IMG/VR virus record: IMGVR_UViG_3300008267_000003
Coordinates: 64,001 to 128,000 of that record
Reading direction: 5' to 3' (one strand)
DNA length: 64,000 bases
Source: a virus
The notes below the pieces were generated by a model. It saw only the letters and a program-made list of their open reading frames with translations. It did not search any database and had not been told where the DNA came from. Both the position numbers and the translations under genes were made by a program. Shown here piece by piece: positions 28,388 to 36,367 of this stretch (positions are counted from its first letter, which is position 1; the number at the start of each line of letters is the position of its first letter).

Positions 28388-28506
28388 TTTGATATGCTGG
28401 TTGTAAGCCATGGGCCGCAAGCCTGAGTAACTATCACAATATCTGGTTATCTCGAGTAACTCCAGTGAGTCGATAGCAAATAGTGCAGCCAGCATTTCAA
28501 ATGGTA
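28383..28506 (+). ncRNA. Long-stem hairpin element 4
   Basis: 23-bp stem TACCATTTGATATGCTGGTTGTA/TGCAGCCAGCATTTCAAATGGTA with one mismatch. Confidence 0.6.
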
Positions 28507-28509
28507 ACA

Positions 28510-28880
28510 TAAAGGTTTGGCAGGAGCAGAGTCCAGTGGGAAGGACGACTAGGGGCCTGTAAAAACAAAGTAGTGAAACAATGGTATATCAACCATCAAA
28601 GTAGCGAACAGCCCTTATAGTAAACGGAGTAGCGGGAGAGAGTGATGTCTCAATGTGTCTACACCGGCCAAAAGAATCCCGTAGTCCCGTCTACGTTATT
28701 AACGGGGGTGTATTGGCACTAACCAGAACGCCAGGGTGCATACGATCACGGACCTCAAAACTCACTGACATGAGTGATAGAAACATCGTAGGTGGGTATC
28801 ACACCTTGTTTAACCAAAAGTAAATGTGATGGACAGAGTAACTGCTCAGGAGGGGGCTTATGGGAATGAGTAGCCTTCCA
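28510..28880 (+). ncRNA. Candidate large structured RNA, copy B (5' boundary approximate)
   Basis: Paralog of 22590-22970 with compensatory changes. Confidence 0.6.
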
Positions 28881-28887
28881 AGATTAT

Positions 28888-28964
28888 TGACCAGTAGCAC
28901 AGTTGGTAGTTGCATCTGACTGTTAATCAGAATGTCGGTGGTTCGAGCCCACCCTGGTCAGCCA
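28888..28964 (+). tRNA. tRNA-Asn(GTT)
   Basis: Cloverleaf, CCA. Confidence 0.92.
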
Positions 28965-28980
28965 AATTAGAAAGGGTAGT

Positions 28981-29220
28981 ATGTGGGAAGTAATATTTAC
29001 GTTCTTAGCGTTATTCTTTACAGATATATTTTACACATACTATCTAAGATCAATACAGAATGAGCAGCCACTTGCATCTAGTATATGGGCTGTGATTGTA
29101 TTTGCTGTTGCCAGTGTAGCAGTAATCAACTATACTACTAATCACTGGCTTCTCATTCCTGCATGCCTAGGTGCTTTCTGTGGCACTTACGTAGGTATGA
29201 TTCTGAGGAGAAAGAAATAA
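28981..29220 (+). CDS. Small membrane protein
   Basis: Three hydrophobic segments. Confidence 0.7.
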   Translation: MWEVIFTFLALFFTDIFYTYYLRSIQNEQPLASSIWAVIVFAVASVAVINYTTNHWLLIPACLGAFCGTYVGMILRRKK

Positions 29221-29295
29221 GGTTCCAAAGTGTTCATGGACGCACACGACACTGTCACTGTCGAAGAAGGGGATCGTTACCCCTTGGGACCGCCA
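29221..29295 (+). tRNA. tRNA-Asp(GTC)
   Basis: Cloverleaf, CCA. Confidence 0.87.
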
Positions 29296-29331
29296 TCATA
29301 TATACATTATTGTTAACTTCCAAAGGTAATA

Positions 29332-30120
29332 ATGAAAGCACTAATACTTTCCTTTGCGTTGCTGTTCAGTACCAACGTCCTGTCAGCAACCCAGTACGTA
29401 TATAACTATTCAAAAAATGAAATTGTGATAGATGAAGGTTCAGATAAGGTAAGACCCATTGCAAGTGTTACAAAGTTGATGACTGCTATTGTAATCCTTG
29501 AAAGTGAAGTTAGCCTAGATGAAAAAGTTCCTTATAAAGGATTCAAGAACATTCCATCCAAGCAAAGAACAAGAGACGAGTTGTTAGCTCTCCTGCTGAT
29601 TAAGAGTGACAACAACGCTGCAGAAGCTCTTGCAAGAAGTTTTCCAGGTGGTAGAGATCATTTTATTGATATGATGAATGTAACATCCAAGTTCCTGGGC
29701 ATGGAGTATACTACGTATGATGATCCTTCTGGTCTTAGTCCTAGAAATCAAAGTACTGCAAAAGATCTTACAAAGCTGTTGCATTATGCTTCGACCTACC
29801 CTAAAATCAAACAGATTGCTTCTATGACTAGCTTCATGTTGGTAGAACCTTCTGTAAAGAAGGCAACAGCAAAGAAGAAGAAAAAGAAAGCAAGAACATT
29901 CAGTAGTTATAGAGTGATTACAGTAAACAATACTAACTTTCATCTACTGAATGAATACGAAGAGATTGAGATCTCCAAGACTGGATACACCAATCCAGCT
30001 GGTAAGTGCTTAACAATGTTTGTTACTAAGAATGGTGAGCATTTTGCAGTTGTTATTCTTGGTGAGCGTAATATGAGAGATGTAGAAAAAGTATCAAGAA
30101 AGATTTTAGATAATCTGTAG
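29332..30120 (+). CDS. Serine D-Ala-D-Ala peptidase (peptidase S11, PBP7/DacA-like)
   Basis: Signal peptide; SVTK (SxxK), SDN (SxN), KTG. Confidence 0.92.
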   Translation: MKALILSFALLFSTNVLSATQYVYNYSKNEIVIDEGSDKVRPIASVTKLMTAIVILESEVSLDEKVPYKGFKNIPSKQRTRDELLALLLIKSDNNAAEALARSFPGGRDHFIDMMNVTSKFLGMEYTTYDDPSGLSPRNQSTAKDLTKLLHYASTYPKIKQIASMTSFMLVEPSVKKATAKKKKKKARTFSSYRVITVNNTNFHLLNEYEEIEISKTGYTNPAGKCLTMFVTKNGEHFAVVILGERNMRDVEKVSRKILDNL

Positions 30121-30193
30121 CCCTTTTAGTTAAATGGTATAACACTTGATTTGTAATCATGGATTGGCAGTTCGATTCTGTCAAGGGGCACCA
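30120..30193 (+). tRNA. tRNA-Thr(TGT)
   Basis: Cloverleaf, CCA. Confidence 0.88.
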
Positions 30194-30194
30194 T

Positions 30195-30271
30195 CTGAGT
30201 GTAGTTCAGCCTGGTAGAATGCCTGCTTTGGGAGCAGGAGGTCGGGAGTTCGATCCTCTCCACTCAGACCA
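30195..30271 (+). tRNA. tRNA-Pro(TGG)
   Basis: Cloverleaf, CCA. Confidence 0.93.
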
Positions 30272-30280
30272 ATTATAGGA

Positions 30281-30649
30281 ATGGTTATGACTAAATTATT
30301 TGGTAAAGTTGATAAGGGTTGGGGCCATGAACTTATATGGGCATCGACCGATCAGTATTGCTGCAAGTTTTTAAACTTTGATAGACCAGCAGCAAAGACA
30401 TCAATGCATTATCATGAACATAAAGATGAACAGTGGTATGTTCAGAGTGGTAGGTTTCAGGTCGACTGGATTAATCTAGAAGATGGTTCGACAAAGTTTT
30501 GTAATCTTGAGGTAGGAGATACATGGCATAATTATGCTGGTACACCTCATAGGTTAGTTTGTATTGAACCTGGAACAGTAGTCGAAGTGAGCACTGCTGA
30601 TAGTGTTGAGGACAACTACAGGATTATTCCTGGCGATAGCCAGAAATAA
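30281..30649 (+). CDS. Cupin-fold protein (sugar isomerase-like)
   Basis: KGWGHELIW, SMHYHEHKDEQW, PHRL, EVST. Confidence 0.8.
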   Translation: MVMTKLFGKVDKGWGHELIWASTDQYCCKFLNFDRPAAKTSMHYHEHKDEQWYVQSGRFQVDWINLEDGSTKFCNLEVGDTWHNYAGTPHRLVCIEPGTVVEVSTADSVEDNYRIIPGDSQK

Positions 30650-30658
30650 TAAACAAAT

Positions 30659-30740
30659 GCGCATGTGGTGAAATGGTAGACACGCTAGTCTTAGGAACTA
30701 GTCTTTCGGGGTGGGGGTTCGAGTCCCTCCATGCGCACCA
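30659..30740 (+). tRNA. tRNA-Leu(TAG)
   Basis: Class II cloverleaf, CCA. Confidence 0.92.
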
Positions 30741-30746
30741 CACACT

Positions 30747-30786
30747 CGCGTTTGTTGACCGCGTATAATAGGATAAGTTGTCAACA
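30747..30786 (+). ncRNA. Compact H-type pseudoknot in tRNA spacer
   Basis: P1 CGCG/CGCG, P2 TGTTGAC/GTCAACA. Confidence 0.5.
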
Positions 30787-30790
30787 TCTA

Positions 30791-30864
30791 GCCTCGTTAG
30801 TTTAATGGTAGAACTCCATCCTTACACGGTGGTTACGGTGGTTCGATTCCATCACGAGGCACCA
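30791..30864 (+). tRNA. tRNA-Val(TAC)
   Basis: Cloverleaf, CCA. Confidence 0.9.
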
Positions 30865-30871
30865 AATTAAA

Positions 30872-30957
30872 GCCCGGGTGGTGGAATGGTAGACACAGCA
30901 GACTTAAAATCTGCCGCTTGAAAGGGCGTACCGGTTCGAGTCCGGTTCTGGGTACCA
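30872..30957 (+). tRNA. tRNA-Leu(TAA)
   Basis: Class II cloverleaf, CCA. Confidence 0.92.
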
Positions 30958-30969
30958 ATAGGAGATGAT

Positions 30970-31170
30970 ATGAGTATAGTGCTTCGAAGAGATCAGATAG
31001 AAAAACTAATTGACATTTATAATCACTTTCATGAGATACAATCGTTTACTATCTCTCTGGATGATAATTCTGATATGATATCAATCAACTTCGATATTAA
31101 CGATGTTAAAGCAGATTACAAACCAAGTGAAAAGTTTGATAAACCCTTCAAGCCTATGGTGTTTAAATGA
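30970..31170 (+). CDS. Hypothetical protein
   Basis: AGGAG ribosome-binding site. Confidence 0.6.
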   Translation: MSIVLRRDQIEKLIDIYNHFHEIQSFTISLDDNSDMISINFDINDVKADYKPSEKFDKPFKPMVFK

Positions 31171-31367
31171 AAATAGAACTCAGTGATGATACAGTCAATC
31201 GTCTCATATGGGATGTTCTATATGAAGACCTCAAAATTTTTAGAGTAGACTTGAATCGACTGGATAGTATGTCTATACTCAATGAAGCAGATCGTAGAGA
31301 TTACAAAGACTACCTAAGATATATCAACGCTCTTGAAACTCTTTTAGAGTATTATAGCGTTAAATAA
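31167..31367 (+). CDS. Hypothetical protein
   Basis: ATGA coupling with upstream ORF. Confidence 0.55.
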   Translation: MKIELSDDTVNRLIWDVLYEDLKIFRVDLNRLDSMSILNEADRRDYKDYLRYINALETLLEYYSVK

Positions 31368-31371
31368 ACAC

Positions 31372-31446
31372 CTGGCGTTCGTTCAACGGATAGGACAGGA
31401 GTCTTCTAAACTCTTAATGGGGGTTCGATTCCCTCACGCCGGACCA
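31372..31446 (+). tRNA. tRNA-Arg(TCT)
   Basis: Cloverleaf, CCA. Confidence 0.9.
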
Positions 31447-31452
31447 ATCAAT

Positions 31453-31526
31453 GCGGGATTAGTTTAATGGTAAAACAGCAGATTTCCAATCTTCGGTTAT
31501 CAGTTCGATTCTGATATCCCGCTCCA
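31453..31526 (+). tRNA. tRNA-Gly(TCC)
   Basis: Cloverleaf, CCA; imperfect anticodon stem. Confidence 0.88.
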
Positions 31527-31535
31527 AACAAAAAA

Positions 31536-31712
31536 ATGGATCTTAATTCTAAGTTAGAGAATAAAGCAGAAGAGCTAGACAACCAGGTGATGTATTCACC
31601 ACAAGGGTTGTCTAAACTTTTATTAGAAGCATTGAATCGTATTCAACAACTCGAGTCTGAAATTGAAGTACTGAAAGAAGAAAATGCAAAACTTAATTCT
31701 AACTTTAGATAA
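31536..31712 (+). CDS. Small coiled-coil protein (58 aa, below ORF-track cutoff)
   Basis: MDLNSKLENKAEEL...RIQQLESEIEVLKEENAKL heptads. Confidence 0.5.
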   Translation: MDLNSKLENKAEELDNQVMYSPQGLSKLLLEALNRIQQLESEIEVLKEENAKLNSNFR

Positions 31713-32250
31713 TAGTGGACTTCCAAACAATTGGACTACATGGCAAGATGCCGTAGTATTGAAATGTAAAGGACTCATCGCATGGGAGTTTGGTGATGAG
31801 GAGTTTATGTTCAGAGGTGGAATATCTCGTATGACAGGAGAGCAATCTACTGTGGAGGTATCGTCAATCATTGCTCTCAAATCAAAGTTCAAGTACAAAG
31901 GTAGATCACCTGCATTCTCCAATCGTAATTTGTTTAGACGTGATTTACATACCTGTGCTTATTGTGGTAAAAGTTCTGGTGACCATGAACTAACTAAAGA
32001 TCATATTATTCCACAATCAAGAAAAGGTCCTACATCGTGGATGAACTGTGTTACAGCGTGTAAGAAATGTAACAATAAAAAAGATGACAGAACACCAGAA
32101 GAGGCTAATATGCTCTTGCTGTATGTTCCATATATACCGGATAAGGCTGAGTCACTCATTCTTCAGAACAGAAACATTCTAGCTGACCAGATGAACTTTC
32201 TGTTGAATTTTATTCCTAAACATAGTAGAGTGTGGAACACTGTTAATTGA
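31684..32250 (+). CDS. HNH endonuclease
   Basis: RDLHTCAYCG, DHIIP, NCVTACKKCNNKK. Confidence 0.9.
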   Translation: MQNLILTLDNSGLPNNWTTWQDAVVLKCKGLIAWEFGDEEFMFRGGISRMTGEQSTVEVSSIIALKSKFKYKGRSPAFSNRNLFRRDLHTCAYCGKSSGDHELTKDHIIPQSRKGPTSWMNCVTACKKCNNKKDDRTPEEANMLLLYVPYIPDKAESLILQNRNILADQMNFLLNFIPKHSRVWNTVN

Positions 32251-32266
32251 TTGGAGTTTTTATATT

Positions 32267-32578
32267 ATGATGCAGCAATCTGTTGAGAATAAAATAAGTA
32301 TTATTTCAAAGCAATATGATTATGTAGACTTTGATCCATTTAACAAGAAGCATAGGATCGCTTTCCTGGAGTTTAAATTCACAGGAAAGTGGCCTAGCAA
32401 TCTTCGATTCAATCTTGATCCGTTGTACAATAATGTACCTTCGATGATCAATCAAAAGCTACTCAACTTCTACTTTAACAGAGACCGAGCTATCCCTAAA
32501 GAACTGAAAGAAAGGTATAATACACAAAATGTCATCTACCCCATCGGAGCAATCACAGCAGGAGACGAAGTTGAGTAA
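32267..32578 (+). CDS. Hypothetical protein
   Basis: GGAG ribosome-binding site. Confidence 0.55.
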   Translation: MMQQSVENKISIISKQYDYVDFDPFNKKHRIAFLEFKFTGKWPSNLRFNLDPLYNNVPSMINQKLLNFYFNRDRAIPKELKERYNTQNVIYPIGAITAGDEVE

Positions 32579-33278
32579 TGAAGGCGCAAAAATTGCTATT
32601 ACGCAAGTATCAGAAATAATTAAGCAACGTATCAAAGCTGATAAGGCACAGTTTAAAGCTAGTGATAACATCTCTAAGTACGTCTACGATAACGAGCTAC
32701 CAGTTTTGGTAGAAGAAGTCAAGTGGAAGTTTCAGAAGGTACTAGACTCACTCATCATTGATACAGAGAATGATCCTAACTCCAAGGATACCGCTAAGCG
32801 TTTAGCTAAGATGTATGTGTATGAACTAATGTCAGGTCGTTATGAACCTATGCCTGATGTAACTTCTTTCCCTAACGAAGGTGAGAACCGATTTGAAGGT
32901 ATGCTTGTAGTGCGCGCTGAGATCCGTTCTATGTGTTCACATCACCATCAGCCTGTTAAGGGTGTTTGTTATATTGGTATCATTCCTACAGGTCGTGTTA
33001 TTGGTCTTTCAAAGTATGTTCGTCTTGCTCAGTGGTGTGCACGTCGTGGTCAACTACAAGAGGAATTGGTTAATCAGATTGCTAAGGAGATTATGAAGGC
33101 AACTGACACAGAGAACGTTGCCGTATACATCGAAGCTACTCATGGATGTATGGATAACCGTGGTGTCATGGCTCACTCATCAATGACACAGACATCAGCT
33201 GTACATGGTCTGTTCCATAACAATAGTGTTAAGCAAGAGTTCTTTGATAACATTAAATTGCAGTCAATGAAGAGTTGA
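32529..33278 (+). CDS. folE: GTP cyclohydrolase I
   Basis: SMCSHH, VIGLSK, QLQEE, HGCM..RG. Confidence 0.95.
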   Translation: MSSTPSEQSQQETKLSNEGAKIAITQVSEIIKQRIKADKAQFKASDNISKYVYDNELPVLVEEVKWKFQKVLDSLIIDTENDPNSKDTAKRLAKMYVYELMSGRYEPMPDVTSFPNEGENRFEGMLVVRAEIRSMCSHHHQPVKGVCYIGIIPTGRVIGLSKYVRLAQWCARRGQLQEELVNQIAKEIMKATDTENVAVYIEATHGCMDNRGVMAHSSMTQTSAVHGLFHNNSVKQEFFDNIKLQSMKS

Positions 33279-33303
33279 CTTCATTAATTAACTAACATAC
33301 AAT
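33275..33303 (+). promoter_or_regulatory. Sigma70-type promoter
   Basis: TTGACT-N17-TACAAT. Confidence 0.6.
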
Positions 33304-33311
33304 TGTCAGCT

Positions 33312-33524
33312 ATGAAAGATTTGTCAGTATTTGCAAAAGAAGTATGGGCTGCAGAAAGTGTTGATGCTAAGAGAAGTGCAATGCTACTCTTACTGGGGCA
33401 GTTTCAACACAGGGACAAGATCCAGCAGTTCATTGAGGAAGTAGAGTCGACTACATCTTCTAAACGTCTCGACTTCTTAGCAGCAAATCTTGTTTTGAGA
33501 GACGGTGACCCTGTAATTAAATAA
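33312..33524 (+). CDS. Hypothetical protein
   Basis: ORF directly after promoter. Confidence 0.55.
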   Translation: MKDLSVFAKEVWAAESVDAKRSAMLLLLGQFQHRDKIQQFIEEVESTTSSKRLDFLAANLVLRDGDPVIK

Positions 33525-33555
33525 TCTTTTTAACATGAAATAGGAGAAGTAAAGA

Positions 33556-33807
33556 ATGACACAGCATGAGAAACTAATTGGCTTTTTCAAGTCCGGTAAA
33601 GAAATCACTGCAGCACAGGCAGCTGGCTTGTTTCAAGTAACTAACTTGGCAGCACGTGTATCTGAGTTGCGTGCAGAAGGTTACTCCATCTACACCAACA
33701 AAACTAAGAATGGTAAGACTGCTTACCGTCTTGGTACACCATCACGTCGTATGGTGGCTTTGGCTTACCGTTTGGTCGGTAACCAAGCTTTCACACGTCA
33801 CGCCTAA
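33556..33807 (+). CDS. Winged-helix DNA-binding protein
   Basis: ITAAQA...LAARVSELRAEGYSIYT. Confidence 0.75.
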   Translation: MTQHEKLIGFFKSGKEITAAQAAGLFQVTNLAARVSELRAEGYSIYTNKTKNGKTAYRLGTPSRRMVALAYRLVGNQAFTRHA

Positions 33808-33824
33808 TCACTAAAACGTGAGAT

Positions 33825-33855
33825 AACCCGCTGTCTAACAAACAGCGGGTTTTTA
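33825..33855 (+). terminator. Intrinsic terminator
   Basis: AACCCGCTGT/ACAGCGGGTT plus T-run. Confidence 0.85.
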
Positions 33856-33857
33856 TT

Positions 33858-34244
33858 ATGAAAATTTACTTTGTAGAGTTTACACATAAACAGTCAGGTA
33901 AGAAATTTTATAAGTTTGGCATTACCAAGTACGGTGATGTTATGAAGAGGTTTTCAGAAGAAGAGAGTATCAGATTCAAGAACGATCCAAAACAATATGA
34001 TGATTTTAATATCAGAGTCATAGCAAGTGCCTGGAACGAGTATGAGCAGGTAGCAGAACAAGAAAAGATTCTTTTGAAAAAATATCCAAAGAATATTTGG
34101 GTAGAAGAGTATGTTGGTGTAACAGATAAAACTTATAAATTTTCAGGTGTAACAGAGTGTGTTAGTTTAACATACAATCAGGTTGTAGAAGCAAGAAAAT
34201 ATATGTATAATTTGAGAGAGGAGTGGGGTAATGATAAGCACTAG
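33858..34244 (+). CDS. GIY-YIG-like nuclease domain protein
   Basis: IYFVEF...FYKFGIT...KRF. Confidence 0.5.
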   Translation: MKIYFVEFTHKQSGKKFYKFGITKYGDVMKRFSEEESIRFKNDPKQYDDFNIRVIASAWNEYEQVAEQEKILLKKYPKNIWVEEYVGVTDKTYKFSGVTECVSLTYNQVVEARKYMYNLREEWGNDKH

Positions 34245-34653
34245 TATATGGGTAACATTTCAGAAAGAGGGTATCCACAAGTACCCAGCTGCAACATCAG
34301 ACCCTAAACTTGCTGAAGTATCGTTTCTAGGATATCCACACCGACATATGTTCCATTTCAAAGTGGAGCTAGAGGTGTTTCACGATGACCGTGATGTTGA
34401 ATTTATTTTGTTGAAGCGTGAGTTAGAAGGCCTATATAATACAGGCACGCTTCAACTTAATAATATGTCCTGTGAGATGATTGCTAGAGAACTTCTTACC
34501 TATATGCATGAGAACTACCGTGGTCGCAACTGTACAATTAGTGTCAGTGAAGATAACGAGAATGGTTGTACACTTGTTTATAAAAAAGACGCGACACTAG
34601 AACCTGGTAAGTCTATAGATTTCACTAAAGCTCAACTTGCTGACTGGAAATAA
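34231..34653 (+). CDS. QueD paralog, DpdL-like (putative CDG decarboxylase)
   Basis: T-fold with LGYPHRHMF (LxxxHRHxF), SCEMIA, VSEDNENG. Confidence 0.72.
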   Translation: MISTSIWVTFQKEGIHKYPAATSDPKLAEVSFLGYPHRHMFHFKVELEVFHDDRDVEFILLKRELEGLYNTGTLQLNNMSCEMIARELLTYMHENYRGRNCTISVSEDNENGCTLVYKKDATLEPGKSIDFTKAQLADWK

Positions 34654-34655
34654 TT

Positions 34656-35507
34656 ATGGCTACATTTTGTCATATTGCACCGATCCCCCATCTTGAAATT
34701 GTTAAGGGAGCATCAACACACTTACTACTTGCTCATCTAGTTGAGCAGAGTCCTGAATACGTTGACTTCTACCTTCAAGAACAAAAGAACGGTAGTACGT
34801 TGATTCTTGACAACTCTGCTTTTGAAATGTACAAGCAGAATAGACCAATGTATGATATTAACAACCTAATTAACATGGCCAGAAAGGTCAATGCTAACTA
34901 TGTCGTGATGTCGGACTATCCCAATGACTATGGATCAAAAACAATTAAGGCTGCAGAACAACTAGCCCCACAACTACGAGCGGAAGGCTTTGGTACCTTC
35001 TTCTGTCCCCAATCAAAGATAGGAGATAGAGATGACTTGTTCAATGCTTTTGAGTGGGCAGCTGATTCTGATCACGTTGATTACATTGGCGTATCCATAC
35101 TTGCAATTCCAAACGCATATGCAGTCGAGAAAGGTAATAAACTACAACGGTTTGTAAGTCGTTTCATGTTTATGCAAGAGCTATACGATTGTGGTATCTT
35201 ATCTAAGATCAAAGCTAATGGTAAAAAGATCCACATGCTTGGTATGCTTGATGGTCCTGGTGAGATTAGATTGATGAGTCAGTTCAGTGAGTATATCAAT
35301 ACATGGGATAGCAGTGCTGCTATTTGGCTTGGTCTTCATGCTGGTAGAACATTTGACGACTCTCCTACCGGTCTACTACATGGTAAGTACGAGGAAGAGG
35401 TTGACTTCAACTACCGCAACGACAAAAGCGTGTTGACTGCAATCATCAATAAGAGTATAATTGACAACTATGTTCAGATATACCTAATGGAGAGTGAAGA
35501 TGCCTAA
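34656..35507 (+). CDS. TGT/DpdA-like 7-deazaguanine transglycosylase
   Basis: LILDNSAFE, IHMLG, TWDSS correspond to TGT-fold motifs; adjacent to QueD paralog. Confidence 0.62.
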   Translation: MATFCHIAPIPHLEIVKGASTHLLLAHLVEQSPEYVDFYLQEQKNGSTLILDNSAFEMYKQNRPMYDINNLINMARKVNANYVVMSDYPNDYGSKTIKAAEQLAPQLRAEGFGTFFCPQSKIGDRDDLFNAFEWAADSDHVDYIGVSILAIPNAYAVEKGNKLQRFVSRFMFMQELYDCGILSKIKANGKKIHMLGMLDGPGEIRLMSQFSEYINTWDSSAAIWLGLHAGRTFDDSPTGLLHGKYEEEVDFNYRNDKSVLTAIINKSIIDNYVQIYLMESEDA

Positions 35508-35883
35508 TTATCAATATAATGAAGATGTTTACCTTGCGGACATTAAGAAATATCTTGATTCTACGTATGGTCAGCATTATGTGGCTAAAGATATACAAGT
35601 GGTGGATGTGTGGGAGTCTCTTGGTTCGCTTGAATCAACAGCACGTGATACTGCTATCAAATACCTGTGTCGGTATGGTAAGAAGGATGGTAAGAATAGG
35701 AAAGATCTATTAAAAGCCATTCACTATATTATTTTAATGATGTATGCTGGTGAAGAAGAACAACAAGCTGAAAAGCTTCAGAAAGTTTTTCAGCAAAGGC
35801 CACTTGGGCCACTTGATCCACAACAAGACATTCGTGATGCTTATGAAAGGGTAGATTATCATGATTCATATTCTGGGAAGTAA
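35500..35883 (+). CDS. DUF3310-like protein (putative nucleotide kinase or nucleotide-binding)
   Basis: HY...AIKYLCRYGKKDG...DLLKAIHY. Confidence 0.7.
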   Translation: MPNYQYNEDVYLADIKKYLDSTYGQHYVAKDIQVVDVWESLGSLESTARDTAIKYLCRYGKKDGKNRKDLLKAIHYIILMMYAGEEEQQAEKLQKVFQQRPLGPLDPQQDIRDAYERVDYHDSYSGK

Positions 35884-36367
35884 TAGCAATTCAACCCTCA
35901 CTGAGGTGCAAGAAGGAGACTCTCAACCAAATGCAATTGACCTTCGTTTGGATAGAGTGTTTGCTATGAATAATGCTGAGTTTGTTATTGATAACGAATC
36001 AAAGAAGCATCGTGGTACATACGAATGGTTACCAGATGCTGATGGTTGGTATCACTTGAACGAGGGTACGTATGAGATAGTAATGGAGAACATCATCCAT
36101 ATTGGTCCTGATGAGGCTGGTTGGGTTATTACCCGATCAACTTTAAATCGTAATGGTGTATTCATTACATCTGGACTCTATGATTCTGGATACCATGGTG
36201 TGATGGCTGGTGCATTGCACGTGCGTGGTGGTCCAGTAAAGATTAAGAAAGGAACACGTGTAGCACAGTTCCTACTTTTTAAAGCAGAAGCATTATCCGA
36301 GTACAACGGCTCATATGGTTTGAAAAGTGAGCATGATAAAAAATATACACAAGGAGTTTTACAATGA
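35861..36367 (+). CDS. Trimeric dUTPase/dCTP deaminase-fold protein
   Basis: QPNAIDLRL, RSTLNRNG, YDSGYHG, RVAQ. Confidence 0.82.
   Translation: MIHILGSNSNSTLTEVQEGDSQPNAIDLRLDRVFAMNNAEFVIDNESKKHRGTYEWLPDADGWYHLNEGTYEIVMENIIHIGPDEAGWVITRSTLNRNGVFITSGLYDSGYHGVMAGALHVRGGPVKIKKGTRVAQFLLFKAEALSEYNGSYGLKSEHDKKYTQGVLQ

Noticed and set aside
22286-28506. CRISPR array interpretation of the repeated hairpins
   Set aside because: The elements are dispersed inverted repeats with divergent sequence, not regularly spaced direct repeats; no cas genes are present.
28510-28880. RNase P RNA, tmRNA or group I intron identity for the large RNAs
   Set aside because: Only partial resemblance (GGAGCAGAGTCC, AGAATCC). 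No GAGGAAAGTCC P4 element, no tmRNA acceptor ends or tag ORF, and no interrupted gene. An Rfam search is still needed.
30755-30769. Sigma70 promoter from TTGACC and TATAAT in the Leu-Val spacer
   Set aside because: The hexamers are only 3 nt apart; the pseudoknot explains the sequence better.
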